DNA of 64,000 bases, from NCBI GenBank assembly GCA_030390025.1, contig JASTWF010000339.1:310001-374000 (forward strand). Reading direction: 5' to 3'. The notes below the pieces were generated by a model. That model ran no database searches. It was given only the letters and a program-made list of their open reading frames with translations, and had not been told where the DNA came from. Below, piece by piece: positions 23,840-37,650 of the stretch. The DNA is from Squalus acanthias. Its lineage: Eukaryota. The position numbers and the translations under genes are program-made. Positions within the stretch are counted from its first letter, which is position 1, and each line of letters opens with the position of its first letter.

Positions 23840-25589
23840 TAGACATGGTAGAGAGGGGAAAGGGGGAGGTGGAGTAGCTGTACTTATTCGGGATAACATA
23901 ATGGCAGTAGAGAAAAGTGACGCAGCTATCAGCAAGACAGAAATAGAATCCATGTGGATAGAGATAAAAGATAATAAAGGATCAATCACACTAATGGGGG
24001 TAGTCTACAGACCACCTAATAGTGGAAGGGAGGTGGAGGAAGAAATATGCAGACAAATTAGGGAAATGAGTAACAAACATCGAATAATAATCATGGAGGA
24101 TTTAAAATACCCCAAAATTAATTGGCCAGAAGAGGTAGGTAACGGGGATAAGGAAATTGAGTTCCTACAATGTGTACTGGACTCCTTTCTAACCCAGTAT
24201 GTAAGAAGCCCAACAAGGGAGGATTCGCTACTGGATCTAGTAATGGGGAATGAACCAGAGCAGATAAGAGAAGTAAAAATAGGGGAACATCTAGGCAATA
24301 GTGACCACAATATAATACACTTTGAGATAATAATTGAGAAGGACATAAGTATGACAAAGACCAGGGTAATAGATTGGAAAAAAGACGATTTGGAGAGGCT
24401 GATAATACAACTTGGGAAATAAAATGGACAACAATATTGGCAAACACTGATGTAGAACAGCAATGGAAACATTTAAACCGGTGTTCAACAGAGTGCAGGT
24501 AAATATATTCTGCTAAAAACACGAACAGGCTAAACACTATTGAGACACCATGGATGAATGAAGACATAAGGGAAAAATTGAGGGTAAGGAAAGAGGCATA
24601 CACTAAGTACATGGACAGCAGGGGAGAGCATGACAAGGGAGAATATGAAGAGATTAGGAGAGAAGTCAAAAAACAATTAAGAAGGCAAAGAGGAACTATG
24701 AAATTCAATTATCAAGGAACATAAAACAAAATAGTAAAATATTCTACAGGCACGTAAAAAGAAAAAGGAAAGTCGGGATGGGAATATGGCTACTAAGGGA
24801 TGGTCAGGATAAAATCACAGGTAGTGATAGCAAAATGGCAGAAATATTAAATAATTACTTTGCTTCAGCATTTACCAGGGAAACAGATCAGGTGGGCATG
24901 ACATCGGATGATGAGATTAGAAATGATATAACCACATTTAAAATAAAAAGAGGAGAAATATTAAATAAACTAATCAAACTTAAAGAGGATAAAACCCCTG
25001 GTCAGGACGGATTACATCCGAGTATTTTAAAAGAATCTAGGGAAGAGATAGCAGAGGCACTATTACACATATTTGACAATTCGTTAGAAAAAGCTGTAGT
25101 GCCAGAGGACTGGCGGAGCGCTAACATATTACCGATATTTAAGAAGGGAGATAGAACATGTCCAGAAAACTATAGACCAGTTAGCTTAATAGTGGTGGTA
25201 GGAAATACAGAGGAGGAATTTCTTCACCCAGAGAGTGGTGAACCTGTGGAATTCTCTACCACAGAAGGCAGTTGAGGCCAATTCATTAAATATATTCAAG
25301 AAGGAGTTAGATATCTTTCTTAAGGCTAAGGGGATCAAGGGATATGGAGAGAAGGCAGGGACAGGGTACTGAATTTGGATGATCAGCCATGATCGCATCG
25401 AATGGTGGAGCAGGCTTGAGGAGCCGACTGGCCTACTCCTGCTCCTATCTTCTATGTTTCTATGTTTCGATAATGGAATCCCTCTTAAAAGAAAAAAATA
25501 GAAGAACATCTCAAAACCAAAAATATAATTATGAATAGTCAGCATGGATTTCAAAAGGGAAAGTCTTGCTTGACCAAACGCATTGAATA
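23840..25589 (+). mobile_element. Old CR1 ORF2 fragment with nested CR1 3' piece (25205-25467); resumes at 30346-30608 and ~32500-32565
   Basis: GVVYRPPNS, GNSDHN, YRPVSL, then SQHGFQKGKSCLTN and later PQGSVLGP. Confidence 0.8.
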
Positions 25590-28500
25590 TAACAATGCAG
25601 AGTATAAAAAGACCAGTGCTAGTGCGAGTATGTTAGCAAGCACTGAGTGCGAGTCAGCAGAGAGAGCTGAGTTTGGGTAAGTGTGAGAGTTCTTTAATTG
25701 TTAGTTCTCTTTAAATCATTCTTGATAAGAGTACTTAAGCAGTTTAAGTGAAGGGGAAAAGTTAAATATTTGGGATTCTGTTGGTTTAAGAAGAGTAAAA
25801 CAAGGTTACACTGCAGTAGGAGTAAATTGGCACAGCAGGCAGTGGAAACCAGTTTTCTAATCAATCAGCAGGGGTGACTCATTTGGCTGTAAACAAACAA
25901 ACAGTATAAAAAGACCAGTGCTAGTGCGAGTCAGCAGAGAGTGCTGAGTTTGGGTAAGTGTCAGTTCGGGTGAGTGGGGTGCAGAGTGCTCTTTTCAAAC
26001 TTTAACTCTGTGGGTTGCAGTTAATAAGGCCTTTCTGGTGCAGAGTGACTGTTGGTAAACCATTTAACTGGTGTAATTTAGAGGGATTGATTTAATTTAA
26101 ATCCAATTAATTAGAGGGGATACTAGCATCTATAATCGGGCAGAGAGTGTCCATAACGAACAATAAAAAAATGTAATTAATTACATAGAATGGAGCAGGT
26201 GATGTGTTACTGTTGCGAGATGTGGGAGCCGGTGGACCCCATTGAGGCTCACAGTGATTACATCTGTGACAAGTGTCTGCTGCTACAGGAACTCCAGCTC
26301 CGTGTTGATGAGCTGGAGTCTGAGCTTCAGACACTGCAACACATCAGGGAGGGGGAGAAGTACCTGGACTCTGTGTTTCAGGAGGTGGTCACACCTATGA
26401 AGTTAATTAATTCAGATGTAGCCCATGGTCAGGGACAGGACGGTGTTACTACGAGTGAGGCAGGTACAGGGATACAGGAGGTAGTGTTGGAGGAGCTGCA
26501 GCCCTTGCTCTTGTCCAACAGGTTCGAGGTTCTTACTCCCTGTCGGGACAGGAGCAGGGACTGCAGAAGGATGAGCAACCTGGCCACAGCACTGTGGAAC
26601 GGGGGGCCATTCAAGAGGGGGGAGTAAATAGAAATGTTGTAGTGGTAGGGGATAGTATTATTAGGGGGATAGATAGAGTTCTCTGCAGCCGAGAGCGAGA
26701 GTCCCGTAGGCTGTGTTGCCTGCCCGGTGCCAGGGTTAAGGACATCTCCTCTGGGCTGGAAAGAAACTTGCAGTGGGAAGGGGTGGATCCAGTTGTCGTG
26801 GTCCATGTTGGTACAAACGACGTAGATAGGACAAGGAGGCCGGTTCTGTTAAAGGAGTATGAGCAGCTAGGGATCAAATTAAAAAACAGAACCTCAAGGG
26901 TAATAATCTCTGGATTATTACCTGAGCCACGAGCGAATTTGGCTAGGACAAATAAAATTAGAGAGTTAAATGAGTGGCTCAAAGACTGGTGTGGGAGAAA
27001 TGGGTTTTGCTTCCTGGGACACTGGCACCAGTACTGGGGCAGGAGGGAGCTGTTCCGTTGGGATGGGCTTCACTTGGCCAGTGCTGGGACTAGAGTCCTG
27101 GCGGATCATATAACTAGGGCTGTAGAGAGGGCTTTAAACTAATTAGTGGGGGGGAGGTTCCTAGAGAGCAAATAATAAAAATGACAACAGAGAAGGTCAT
27201 AGACTTAGGTAGCAGTGGGGAAATTAAAAACCAGAGTGTGTCAAGAAGGCACGGAAAGTATGGAGTAAAAGGTAAAGTAATAAAAAGGGCAAAAGCAGGA
27301 ACTAAGTGTCACAAAACATATTTGAAAGTTCTCTATCTGAATGCACGTAGCATTCGTAACAAAATAGACAAGTTAATGGCACAAATAACTACATATGGGT
27401 ATGATCTTGTGGCCATTACAGAAACATGGCTGCAGGGTGACAATGCCTGGGAATTAAACATACCAGGTTAATTAACGATCAGGAAGGACAGGCAGGAAGG
27501 AAGGGGAGGTGGGGTGGCTATGTTAATAAAGGAAAGAATCACTGTAATACAGAGAAATGATATTGGGTCAAAAGATCAGGATAATGAAACAGTTTGGGTG
27601 AGATAAGGAATAATAAGGGGAAAAACACAGTAGTGGGTGTAGTCTATAGGCCTCCGAACAATTGCAACTCTGTTGGACGGTGTATCAATCAGGAAATAGT
27701 TGAGGCTTGTAATAAGGGAACATCTATAATTATGGGGGATTTTAACTATCATATTAATTGGACAAATCAAATTGGGCAGGGCTGCCTTGAGGATGAGTTC
27801 ATTGAGTGTATTAGGGATGGGTTTCTTGAGCAGTATGTAACTGAACCGACCAGGGGGCAAGCAACCTTAGATCTGGTCCTGTGTAACGAGACAGGATTAA
27901 TTAAAAATGTCCTAGTAAAGGATCCCCTTGGAATGAGTGACCATAACATGGTTGAATTCCATATTCAATTAGAGGGTGAGAAGGTTGGATCTCAAACAAG
28001 CGTGCTAAGCTTGAATAAAGGAGACTATGAAGGTATGCGAGCAGAATTGAGTAGAGTGGATTGGGAAAATAGATTAAAGGGTAAGACGATACATGATCAG
28101 TGGTGTACATTTAAGGAGTTATTTTACAACTTCCAAAAAATATATATTCCACTGAGAAGAAAAGGGTGTAAAAGAAAAGACAGTCATCCGTGGCTAAGTA
28201 AAGAAATTAAGGATAGTATTCGACTAAAAACAAGGGCTTATAAGGTAGCCAAACTTAGTGGGAGGATAGAGGATTGGGAAAACTTTAAAAGACAGCAAAA
28301 AAATAACAAAAAGATTGATTAAGAAAGGGAAGATAGATTATGAAAGTAAATTAGCAAAAAATATAAAAACAGATAGTAAGAGTTTTTATAGTTATATAAA
28401 AAGAAAAAGGGTGGCTAAAGTAAATGTTGGTCCCTTAGAGGATGAGACCGGGAAATTAATGGTGGGAAATATGGAGATGGCAAATACACTGAATGAATAT

Positions 28501-30345
28501 TTTGTATCAGTCTTTACAGTAGAGGACACTAAGAATATCCCAACACTGGACAAACAGGGGGCTATAGGGGGGGAGGAGCTAAATACGATCAAAATCACTA
28601 AGGAAGTGGTACTCGGTAAAATAATGGGACTTAAGGCGGATAAATCACCTGGACCTGATAGCTTACATCCTAGGGTCTTGAGGGAAGTGGCGGAAGGGAT
28701 TGTGGATGCATTGGTAATAATTTTCCAAAACTCCCTGGACTCAGCAAAGATCCTGGCAGACTGGAAAACTGCTAATGTAACACTCTTATTTAAAAAGGGC
28801 AGTAGACAGAAGGCTGGAAACTTTAGACTGGTTAGCCTAACATCTGTGGTAGGTAAAATTTTGGAGTCCATTATTAAGGAGACAGTAACGGGACATTTGG
28901 ATAATCATAATTTAATAGGACAAAGTCAGCATGGTTTTATGAAGGGGAAGTCATGTTTGACAAATTTGCTGGAGTTCTTTGAGGAAGTAACATACTGGGT
29001 GGATAAAGGGGAACCAGTGGATGTGGTGTATTTAGACTTCCAAAAGGCATTTGACAAGGTGCCACACAAAAGATTATTGCTTAAGATAAAAAATCACGGG
29101 ATTGGGGGTAATATTCTGGCATGGATAGAGGATTGGCTATCTAACAGAAGGCAGAGAGTTGGGATAAATGGTTCATTCTCAGACTGGCAATCAGTAACTA
29201 GTGGTGTTCCGCAGGGGTCAGTGCTGGGTCCCCAACTCTTTACAATCTATATTAACGATTTGGAGGAGGGGACCGAGTGTAACATATCAAAGTTTGCAGA
29301 TGATACTAAGATGGGAGGGAAAGTAGTGAGTGAGGAGGACATAAAAAATCTGCAAGGGGACATAGACAGGTTAAGTAAGTGGGCAGAGATTTGGCAGATG
29401 GAAAACAATACTGGAAAGTGTGAGGTTATGCACTTTGGCAGGAAAAATAGTAGAGCAAGTTATTATCTTAATGGCAAGAAACTGGAAAGTACTGAAGTAC
29501 AAAGGGATCTGGGGGTCATGGTGCACGAAACTCAAAAGGTTAGTATGCAGGTGCAGCAAGTGATTAAGAAGGCCAATGGAATGTTGGCTTTCATTGCAAG
29601 GGGGATAGAATATAAAAATAGGGAGATATTGCTTCAGTTGTACAAGGTATTGGTGAGACCGCACCTGGAATACTGCATACAGTTTTGGTGTCCATACTTA
29701 AGAAAAGACATACTTGCTCTCGAGTCAGTACAAAGAAGGTTCACTCGGTTAATCCCGGGGATGAGGGGATGGACATATGAGGAGAGGTTGGGTAGATTGG
29801 GACTTTACTCATTGGAGTTCAGAAGAATGAGAGGCGATCTTATTGAAACATATAAGATTGTGAAGGGGTTGGATCGGGTGGATGCGGGGAGGATGTTCCC
29901 GATGATGGGTGAAACTAGAACTAGGGGGCATAGTCTTAGAATAACTGAGATGAGAAGGAACTACTTCACTCAGAGGGTGGTAGGTCCATGGAATATGCTG
30001 CCCCCAAAAAGCTGTAGAAGCTACATCATTACATAAATTTAAAACAGAAATAGACAGTTTCCTAGAAGTAAAGGGAATTAAGGGTTACGGGGAGCGGGCA
30101 GGAATTTGGACATGAGTCTAGGTTCAGATCGGTCATGGCCCTGTGGGTAGCGTAGCGGGCCCAGGGGCCGTGTAGCCTGATCCTGCTCCTATTTCGTGTG
30201 TCCAATTCTGTTAGGTTCAGGAGATGGTTCTGTGATAGTAGATTGGCGGTTAGGATCAGATCAGCCATGATCTTATTGAATGGCGGAGCAGGCTCGAGGG
30301 GCCAATTGGCCTACTCCTGCTCCTATTTCTGATGTTCTTATGTTC
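25590..30345 (+). mobile_element. Full-length decayed CR1: 5' UTR, ORF1 (zinc finger/coiled coil + SGNH esterase, 26190-27142), ORF2 (27181-~30115, frameshifted), 3' tail
   Basis: CYCCEMWE..ICDKC; VVGDSIIRG, HVGTND, DGLHL; APE and RT motifs in successive frames; 5' UTR direct repeat at ~25600 and ~25902; flanked by a ~104-bp duplication. Confidence 0.92.
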
Positions 30346-30608
30346 TTAAAGGAAAAAAATAGAAGAACATCCAGAAACCAAAAATATAATAATGAATAGT
30401 CAGCATGGATTTCAAAAGGGAAAGTCTTGCTTGACCAACCTCATTGAATTCTTTGAAGAGGTAACAGAGAGAAGACAAGGGTAATGCAGTAGGTTTCATT
30501 TATCTAGATTTCCAAAAGGTCTTCGTTAAGGTACCACATAATAGACTGATGAATAAGCTCAGAGAATGCGGAGTCATGGGACAAGTAGCAGAGTGGAGAG
30601 CGAGCTGG

Positions 30609-32456
30609 TGAAGTAAATGAAGTTGGTAAAGACCCACGTTGACTCTTTACTTGAGTAGTAATGAAAATAGTCGTTGCTTCAGGTTCAAGAGCTTTATGTC
30701 TTCCTTCAGCATGCAAAGCAATTTAAAAGTGGTGTAGATTCACAGACAGAGTACAATAGATGTAAGCATGCATCCTGACACTGTACCAAACTCTAAAACA
30801 CAAAGGGGTAAAAATTCAGTTGGTTGCGCCTCCCGTTAGCGCCTTAAGAGGGCGCTAATGGGGCACAAAGCCGCTAACGCCCGGGCGCAGCGATGTTTGC
30901 GCCGCTCGGGAACTTAACTTGACATTGTGCGGCGGCACTAAAACTTACCGCTGCGACCACCTGCGCGCGCAGATTGTGACGTCATTCCATGGTGCAACGC
31001 CCTTGTGGCGCCCCGGAGCGGAAATTGAGTGGCGCCCCCTGCCTTACCGCCTGGCGCTTCCAACGACCAGAAGACTGGAACGCTATCAATCGCTGTGGGA
31101 CTGGGGGGGGCGCTATTTAAAGGGGGCCTCTTCCTGTCTTTTATTGTTGGTGGCATTTTTGAATTACGCATTCTGAGAGAGAGAGGGAGAGACTTCTGGA
31201 GAGATTCAACGTTGTGTGAAGGAGTTTTGGGTACTGAGCAGCACTTTGCAGGTTCATTTTGATTTGCCATTCCTTGTATCGATTTAGCAGAGACTGTGGG
31301 AGCTGCACTCTGAGCTCTTTGCCTGGTACTCTCCATTGTTCTTTCCAGCACATTTGATGTGCAAGTCTCTCCAGGCCGAGATTCAAGGCTGCAATGAACA
31401 GGATGTGGATGGAAAGCAAGATTAACCATCCCCTTTAAGAACTGGCCCGTGCCATTGTGTGTGTGTTCCATTGCTGACTGACATTACATGAGCTTCGCCA
31501 GCGCTCTGAGTTAGCGCCTCACTGCTCGGCCTTTGCGCCTTAAGACAGGTGTGCAGCGCCTGCTTTAGCGCTCCACTCACCTCCCGGGGCGGTAAAAGTG
31601 AAGTTTCCAGTCAGTGCCGATAATTAGCGCCAGGCGCTAATATTTGCGTCCAGACGATATTTGCGCCCCAAATGGGGCGCGACCTAATTTCTACCCCAAA
31701 AGGTCTGTTTTTCAATAACTCTGTGCCTGTCGGGAACTCAAATCTACCTCTTTTCCCTTGATTGGATTCCTTCTGTCACCTGACTTAACGTGGCCCCTCC
31801 CCTGCAGTACATTTCCATCACAGCCAGCCGAGCCCAAAGACTAAACTCAATGGGCTGTAACATGTCCCTTATCTCATCGGCTCCCAGCTCCTATTTGGCC
31901 TGCTTTTCTGTGTGAACAAGGGAGTTAGACCGTTTTGCAGATGTATGTCCAATCTGGTTTACAGGCAACTATCTAAAAAGCTCTTCTTCAGCAAGGTTTT
32001 TTAAGGTCCAGGTACAATGTCTTTTGTTCAATGAACTGTTGCTAACAAGCTCACACACACACTATCTATGGATTATTACGATGGTGCACACTGTGCCCAG
32101 CCCTATTCTAATTAGACAGAGACAAGGCTTAGGTTCCCTTATCTTTGTATTTAGCTTCCTACAAACTTTCTTTATTCAACAGTTAATGGAGATCTTGAAA
32201 CCCAGGACTATTCTAGCTGGAAGGAAATACTCATTGAAACACCAAGCTCGTTCATTCGCCTCATAAGCTAATGCTAAGCTTGCCTTCATTTCCCATCAAC
32301 CTTTCTGACTCTTCCTTCTCCATGTTCCAACATGTCCCACTCTTTTTTAATTGTTTTGTAATCTGCACCTTTTATATCGACCAGGTTCTCTCAGTGTCCT
32401 TGTTCTCTCTCTACCTTTTCTGATAGTATCTATGTCTCTCATCGACTTCCTTACAC
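30609..32456. mobile_element. Possible solo LTR inserted in the old CR1 and hosting the MITE
   Basis: Non-CR1 block starting TG and ending CA between two collinear CR1 pieces; no clear TSD. Confidence 0.3.
30805..31697. mobile_element. Non-autonomous PIF/Harbinger-like DNA transposon (MITE)
   Basis: TIRs GGGGTAAAAATT / AATTTCTACCCC, 3-bp AAA flanks on both sides, GC-rich subterminal (TAGCGCC) repeats. Confidence 0.7.
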
Positions 32457-32594
32457 AGCATAACGCAGTGACCAGAATCCCTAAGGCTATTATCTGTGTG
32501 GGTAAAGGGGAGCTATTCAGCAGGGCAGAAGTTGGAATCCCACAAGGATCAGTGCTGGGACCAATGTCTTGCCTGCATGTGATTCCAGACCCAC

Positions 32595-32825
32595 AGAATT
32601 GAGGTTGACTCTTAACTTTACTCTGAAATGGCCCAGCAAGCCACTCATGTTTATCAAACTGCTAAAAGAAGTTTACTAAGAGTAAAACCAGACAGACCAC
32701 CCGGCTTCGACCTCAGCGTCGGACACGACAAAGGCACACCCAGACCAGTCGATCCTGCAAAGTCCTCCTCACTAACATCTGGGGACTTGTGCCAAAATTG
32801 GGAGAGCTGTCCCACAGACTGGTGG
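32595..32825 (+). mobile_element. LINE 5'/APE fragment
   Basis: Matches 63130-63345. Confidence 0.7.
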
Positions 32826-32879
32826 AAGGATGCTGGCTTTCAGTGGGACCGACACTGCTTTCTAAAATGACAGGCTAGC

Positions 32880-33111
32880 TTTAAGATAACGCTGTTCTTG
32901 CTCCAGGGACCTTACGGCCAAGCTACATTGGGCCTCCTGCTGAGAGTAGCGCCCGAAAACCAGCCTTACACGGTAAGTTTAGAGCTGTGCTAATTTAAAT
33001 TGGCCCGTAGCACCAAAATACCTAAGCTGCCTGCGCTATTAATTCGGGCGGCCGTTAACTGCGGGCTTTGGTGGCACCGGCAGGTTTTCGGCGCACTGGA
33101 ATTTCTAGGCC
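32880..33111. mobile_element. Harbinger-like terminal fragment
   Basis: CpG-rich; ends AATTTCTAGGCC, similar to the MITE TIR; partner end not found. Confidence 0.35.
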
Positions 33112-33157
33112 ACTGAACATTATCCGCGCCCCGCAACTGCCCGCCAATTCAGCGAGA

Positions 33158-36100
33158 TCTGTAAATGAGGTGAAATGGAGACTGGTCAGGGAGCGTCTGT
33201 AAATGAGGTGAAATGAAGACTGGTCAGGGAGCGTCTGTAAATGAGGTGAAATGGAGACTGGTCAGGCTGCGTCTATAAATGAGGAGAAAAGGAGACTAGT
33301 CAGGGAGCGTCTGTAAATGGAGGAAAAATGGAGACTAGTCAGGGAGTGTCTGTAAATGAGGTGAAATGGAGATTGGTCAGGGAGTGTCTGTAAATGAGGT
33401 GAAATGGAGACTGGACAGGGAGCGTCTGTAAATGGAGGATAATGGAGACTGTTCAGGGAGCGTCTGTAAATGGAGGAGAAGTGGAGACTGGTCAGGGAAA
33501 GTCTGTAAATGAGGTGAAATGGAGATTGGTCAGGGAGCATCTGTAAATGAGTTGAAATGGAGATTGCTCAGGGAGAGTCTGTAAATGAGGAGAAAAGGAG
33601 ATTGGTCAGGGAGCGTCTATAAATGAGGAGAAAAGGCTATTGCTCAGGGAGCGTCTGTAAATGGCGGAGAAAAGGAGACTGGTCAGGGAGCGTCTGCAAA
33701 TGAGGTGAAATGGAGACTGGTCAGGCTGCGTCTATAAATGAGGAGAAAAGGAGACTAGTCAGGGAGCGTCTGTAAATGGAGGAGAAATGGAGACTGGTCA
33801 GGGAGCATCTGTAAGTGGAGGAGGAATGGTGACTGGTCAGGGAGCATCTGAAAATGAGGAGAAATGGAGACTGGTCTGGGAGCGTCTGTAAATGGAGGAG
33901 AAATGGTGACTGGTCAGGAAGCATCTGTAAATGAGGTGAAATGGAGACTGGTCAGGGAGCGTCTGTAAATGGAGGAGAGATGGAGATTGGTCAGGGAGAG
34001 TCTGTAAATGAGGTGAAATGGAGATTGGTCAGGGAGAGTCTGTAAATGAGGTGAAATGGAGACTGGTCAGGGAGCGTCTGTAAATGAGGTGAAATGGTGA
34101 GTGGTCAGGGAGCGTCTGTAAATGGAGGAGGAATGGTGACTGGTCAGGGAGCATCTGTAAATGAGGAGAAATGGAGACTGGTCAGGGAGCATCTGTAAAT
34201 GAGGTGAAATGGAGACTGCTCAGGGAGCGTCTGTAAATGAGGTGAAATGGAGATTGGTCAGGGAGCGTCTGTAAATGAGGTGAAATGGAGACTGGTCAGG
34301 GAGCGTCTGTAAATGGAGGAGAAATGGAGACTGCTCAGGGAGCGTCTGTAAATGGAGGAGAAATGGAGACTGGTCAGAGAGTGTCTGTAAATGGAGGAGA
34401 AATGGAGACTGGCCAGGGAGCATCTGTAAATGCGGTGAAATAGAGATTGGTCAGGGAGCATCTAAATGAGGTGAAAAGGAGATTGGTCAGGGAACGTCTG
34501 TAAATGAGGAGAAAAGGAGACTGGTCAGGGAACGTCTGCAAATGAGGTGAAATGGAGACTGGTCAGGGAGCGACTGTAAATGAGGAGAAATCGAGACTGG
34601 TCAGGGAGCGTCTGTAAATGGAGGAGAAATCGAGACTGGTCAGGGAGCGTCTGTAAATGGAGGAGAAATGGTGACTGGTCAGGGAGCGTCTGTAAATGAG
34701 GTGAAATGGAGACTGGTCAGGAGCGTCTGTAAATGGATGAGAAATGAAGACTGGTCAGGGAGCGTCTGTAAATGAAGAGAAATGGAACTGGTGTCGAAGT
34801 TTGACTTCCGATTAAAGACTCTTGTAAACAATATCGTCAAAGAAGGCTTTTTATTATATTTTACTTGCAAGGAGACTGCAACCATAGCCCAATTAGCTAT
34901 GATGACAGACTGCCGAATCACAGAAAATGGAGTATTCTTATACAGTATAATATCACATGACATGTTGTTTAAGGTAAGCTAAGTTAACAATTAGAAAAAA
35001 CACATAAGAAATGCCTTACAATGAGACTAGCTAATCTCTATAGAATGGAGTCTATCTATTTTACTTCTCTCACCAAGGCCAAGGCGCCTGGTTTGTTTAC
35101 TTTACTAGCCCTTGGTTATCTCAATATTAAGCCTGTTTTCTTTTGTGAAGGCAGTCTTTTGCTGACAGCATAGTCTAAGACTTTAAAGTTATTTTCAGAA
35201 AATAACATAACAATGGATTTTTTCCCTTTTCCACACAAGTCAGAGTCGGCCATTTTATTAGTTTAAATTCAAGGACACCATTTTGTCCGAGTCAAAAACT
35301 GCACTTCCACACTGGTCAGGGAGCATCTGTAAATGGAGGAGAAATGGTGACTGGTCAGGGAGCGTCTGTAAATGACAAGAAATTAAGACTGGTCAGGGAA
35401 CGTCTGTAAATGAGGAGTAATGCAGACTGGTCAGGGAGCGTCTGTAAATGCAGGAGAAATCGTGACTGGTCAGGGAGCGTCTGTAAATAGAGGAGAAATG
35501 GAGACTGGTCAGGGAGCGTCTGTAAATGAGGAGAAATGGAGACTGGTCAGGGAGCGTCTGTAAATGGAGGAGGAATACAGACTGGTCAGGGAGCGTCTGT
35601 AAATGGAGGAGGAAAGGAGACTGGTCATGGAGAGTCCATAAATGGAGGAGAAATGGAGACTGGTCAGGGAGCGTCTTTAAATGGAGGAGGAATGGAGACT
35701 GGTCAGGGAGCGTCTGTAAGTGGAGGAGGAATGGTGACTGGTCAGGGAGCGTCTGGAAATGAGGTGAAATGGAGACTGGTCAGGGAGCGTCTGTAAATGG
35801 AGGAGAAATGGAGACTGGTCAGAGAGTGTCTGTAAATGGAGGAGAAATGGAGACTGGCCAGGGAGCATCTGTAAATGCGGTGAAATAGAGATTGGTCAGG
35901 GAGCGTCTAAATGAGGTGAAATGGAGATTGCTCAGGGAGAGTCTGTAAATGAGGAGAAAAGGGAGAGTCTGTAAATGAGGAGAAAAGGAGACTGGTCAGG
36001 GAACGTCTGCAAATGTGGTGAAATGGTGAGTGGTCAGGGAGCGTCTATAAATGAGGAGAAAAGGAGACTGGTCAGGGAGCATCTGTAAATGAGTGAAATG

Positions 36101-36818
36101 GAGACTGGTCAGGGAGCATCTGTAAATGGAGGAGAAATGGTGACTGGTCAGGGAGCGTCTGTAAATGGAGGAGAAATGGAGACTGCTCAGGGAGCGTCTG
36201 TAAATGGAGGAGAAATGGAGACTGCTCAGGGAGCGTCTGTAAATGGAGGAGAAATGGAGACTGGTCAGAGAGTGTCTGTAAATGGAGGAGAAATGGAGAC
36301 TGGCCAGGGAGCATCTGTAAATGCGGTGAAATAGAGATTGGTCAGGGAGCGTCTAAATGAGGTGAAATGGAGATTGCTCAGGGAGAGTCTGTAAATGAGG
36401 AGAAAAGGAGACTGGTCAGGGAACGTCTGCAAATGAGGTGAAATGGTGAGTGGTCAGGGAGCATCTATAAATGAGGAGAAAAGGAGACTGGTCAGGGAGC
36501 ATCTGTAAATGGAGGAGGAATTATGACTGGTCAGGGAGCGTCTGTAAATGAGGAGTAATGGAGACTGGTCAGGGAGCATCTGTAAATGGAGGAGAAATGG
36601 TGACTGGTCAGGGAGCGTCTGTAAATGACAAGAAATGAAGACTGGTCAGGGAACGTCTGTAAAGGAGGAGAAATGGAGACTGGTCAGGGAGCATCTGTAA
36701 ATGGAGGAGGAATAGAGACTGGTCAGGGAGCATCTGTAAATGGAGGAGGAAAGGAGACTGGTCAGGGAGCGCCTTTAAATGGAGGAGGAATGGAGACTGG
36801 TCAGGGAGGTTCTGTAAA
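33158..36818. repeat. 38/39-bp purine-rich satellite array (~80 units), split by a solo LTR
   Basis: Unit ctgtaaatg(g)agg(t/a)gaaatggagactggtcagggagcgt. Confidence 0.97.
34792..35311 (-). mobile_element. Solo LTR, 520 bp
   Basis: Termini TGTCGAAGT...ACTTCCACA, 4-bp TSD CTGG (34788-34791, 35312-35315), minus-strand AATAAA ~34852. Confidence 0.8.
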
Positions 36819-37084
36819 GAATCATCCTTACCTAATTAACACACAGGCTTAAAGTCAAAATAAGGACAATATAAAGACAATGCATTGTTATATTAGCACC
36901 TTCAGCTGATCACCTCAAGTCAGTTTGCAAAACACGGTTGCTACTATGATTAACCCTTTGTTTGAAGAGACACAACTCCTCCTGCCTCCCCTGGACCATG
37001 ACCCCACTACTGAACACCACACCATCAATTCTCAGGCCGTCACTGAACTTACCTCTTCTACAGGAGAACCCAACGATTGTAGAA

Positions 37085-37420
37085 CTGAACCCAGCCAGAG
37101 TCAGCACCTTCAAAGGAGGGAGAGGAAGCAGTCAGTATCGAACTGAACCCAGTCACCTTAATCACCTTCAGGGGAGGGAGGGGAACCAGTTATTGCGGAA
37201 ATGAACCCAGTCACCTTAATCACCTTCAGGGAAGGGAGGGGAACCAGTTATTGCAGAAATGAACCCAGTCACATTAATCACCTTCAGGGGAGGGAGGAGA
37301 ACCAGTTATTGCAGAAATGAACCCAGTCACATTAATCACCTTCAGGGGAGGGAGGAGAACCAGTTATTGCAGAAATCAACCCAGTCAGAGACATCACCTT
37401 CAGGGGAGGAGAGGGAAGCC
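37085..37420. repeat. ~58-bp tandem repeat, about 5.5 copies
   Basis: gaacccagtcac..taatcaccttcaggggagggagg.gaaccagttattgcagaaat. Confidence 0.85.
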
Positions 37421-37650
37421 AGTAAGTGAAAAAATGAACACAGAGTTGTGGCACACAGAAAACAGTGAAGAGAGGAAAACAGTTTGGAGAAAGTGCGATT
37501 GGTTTGGAATACAGCACAGGGAGGAGGGAGAGTGTGTGGGACGGGGATTTACAGCTTTGGGGGAACAAGAGGAAAGAATGTTCCACAGTAACTAGAATTG
37601 TCTGTTCTGAATTTCTGTCCTGTACTTAGTGATGACTTCAGTAAACTCCT

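Noticed and set aside
33158..36818. CRISPR-like regular 38-bp periodicity
   Set aside because: Head-to-tail satellite with no unique spacers and no cas genes; eukaryotic context
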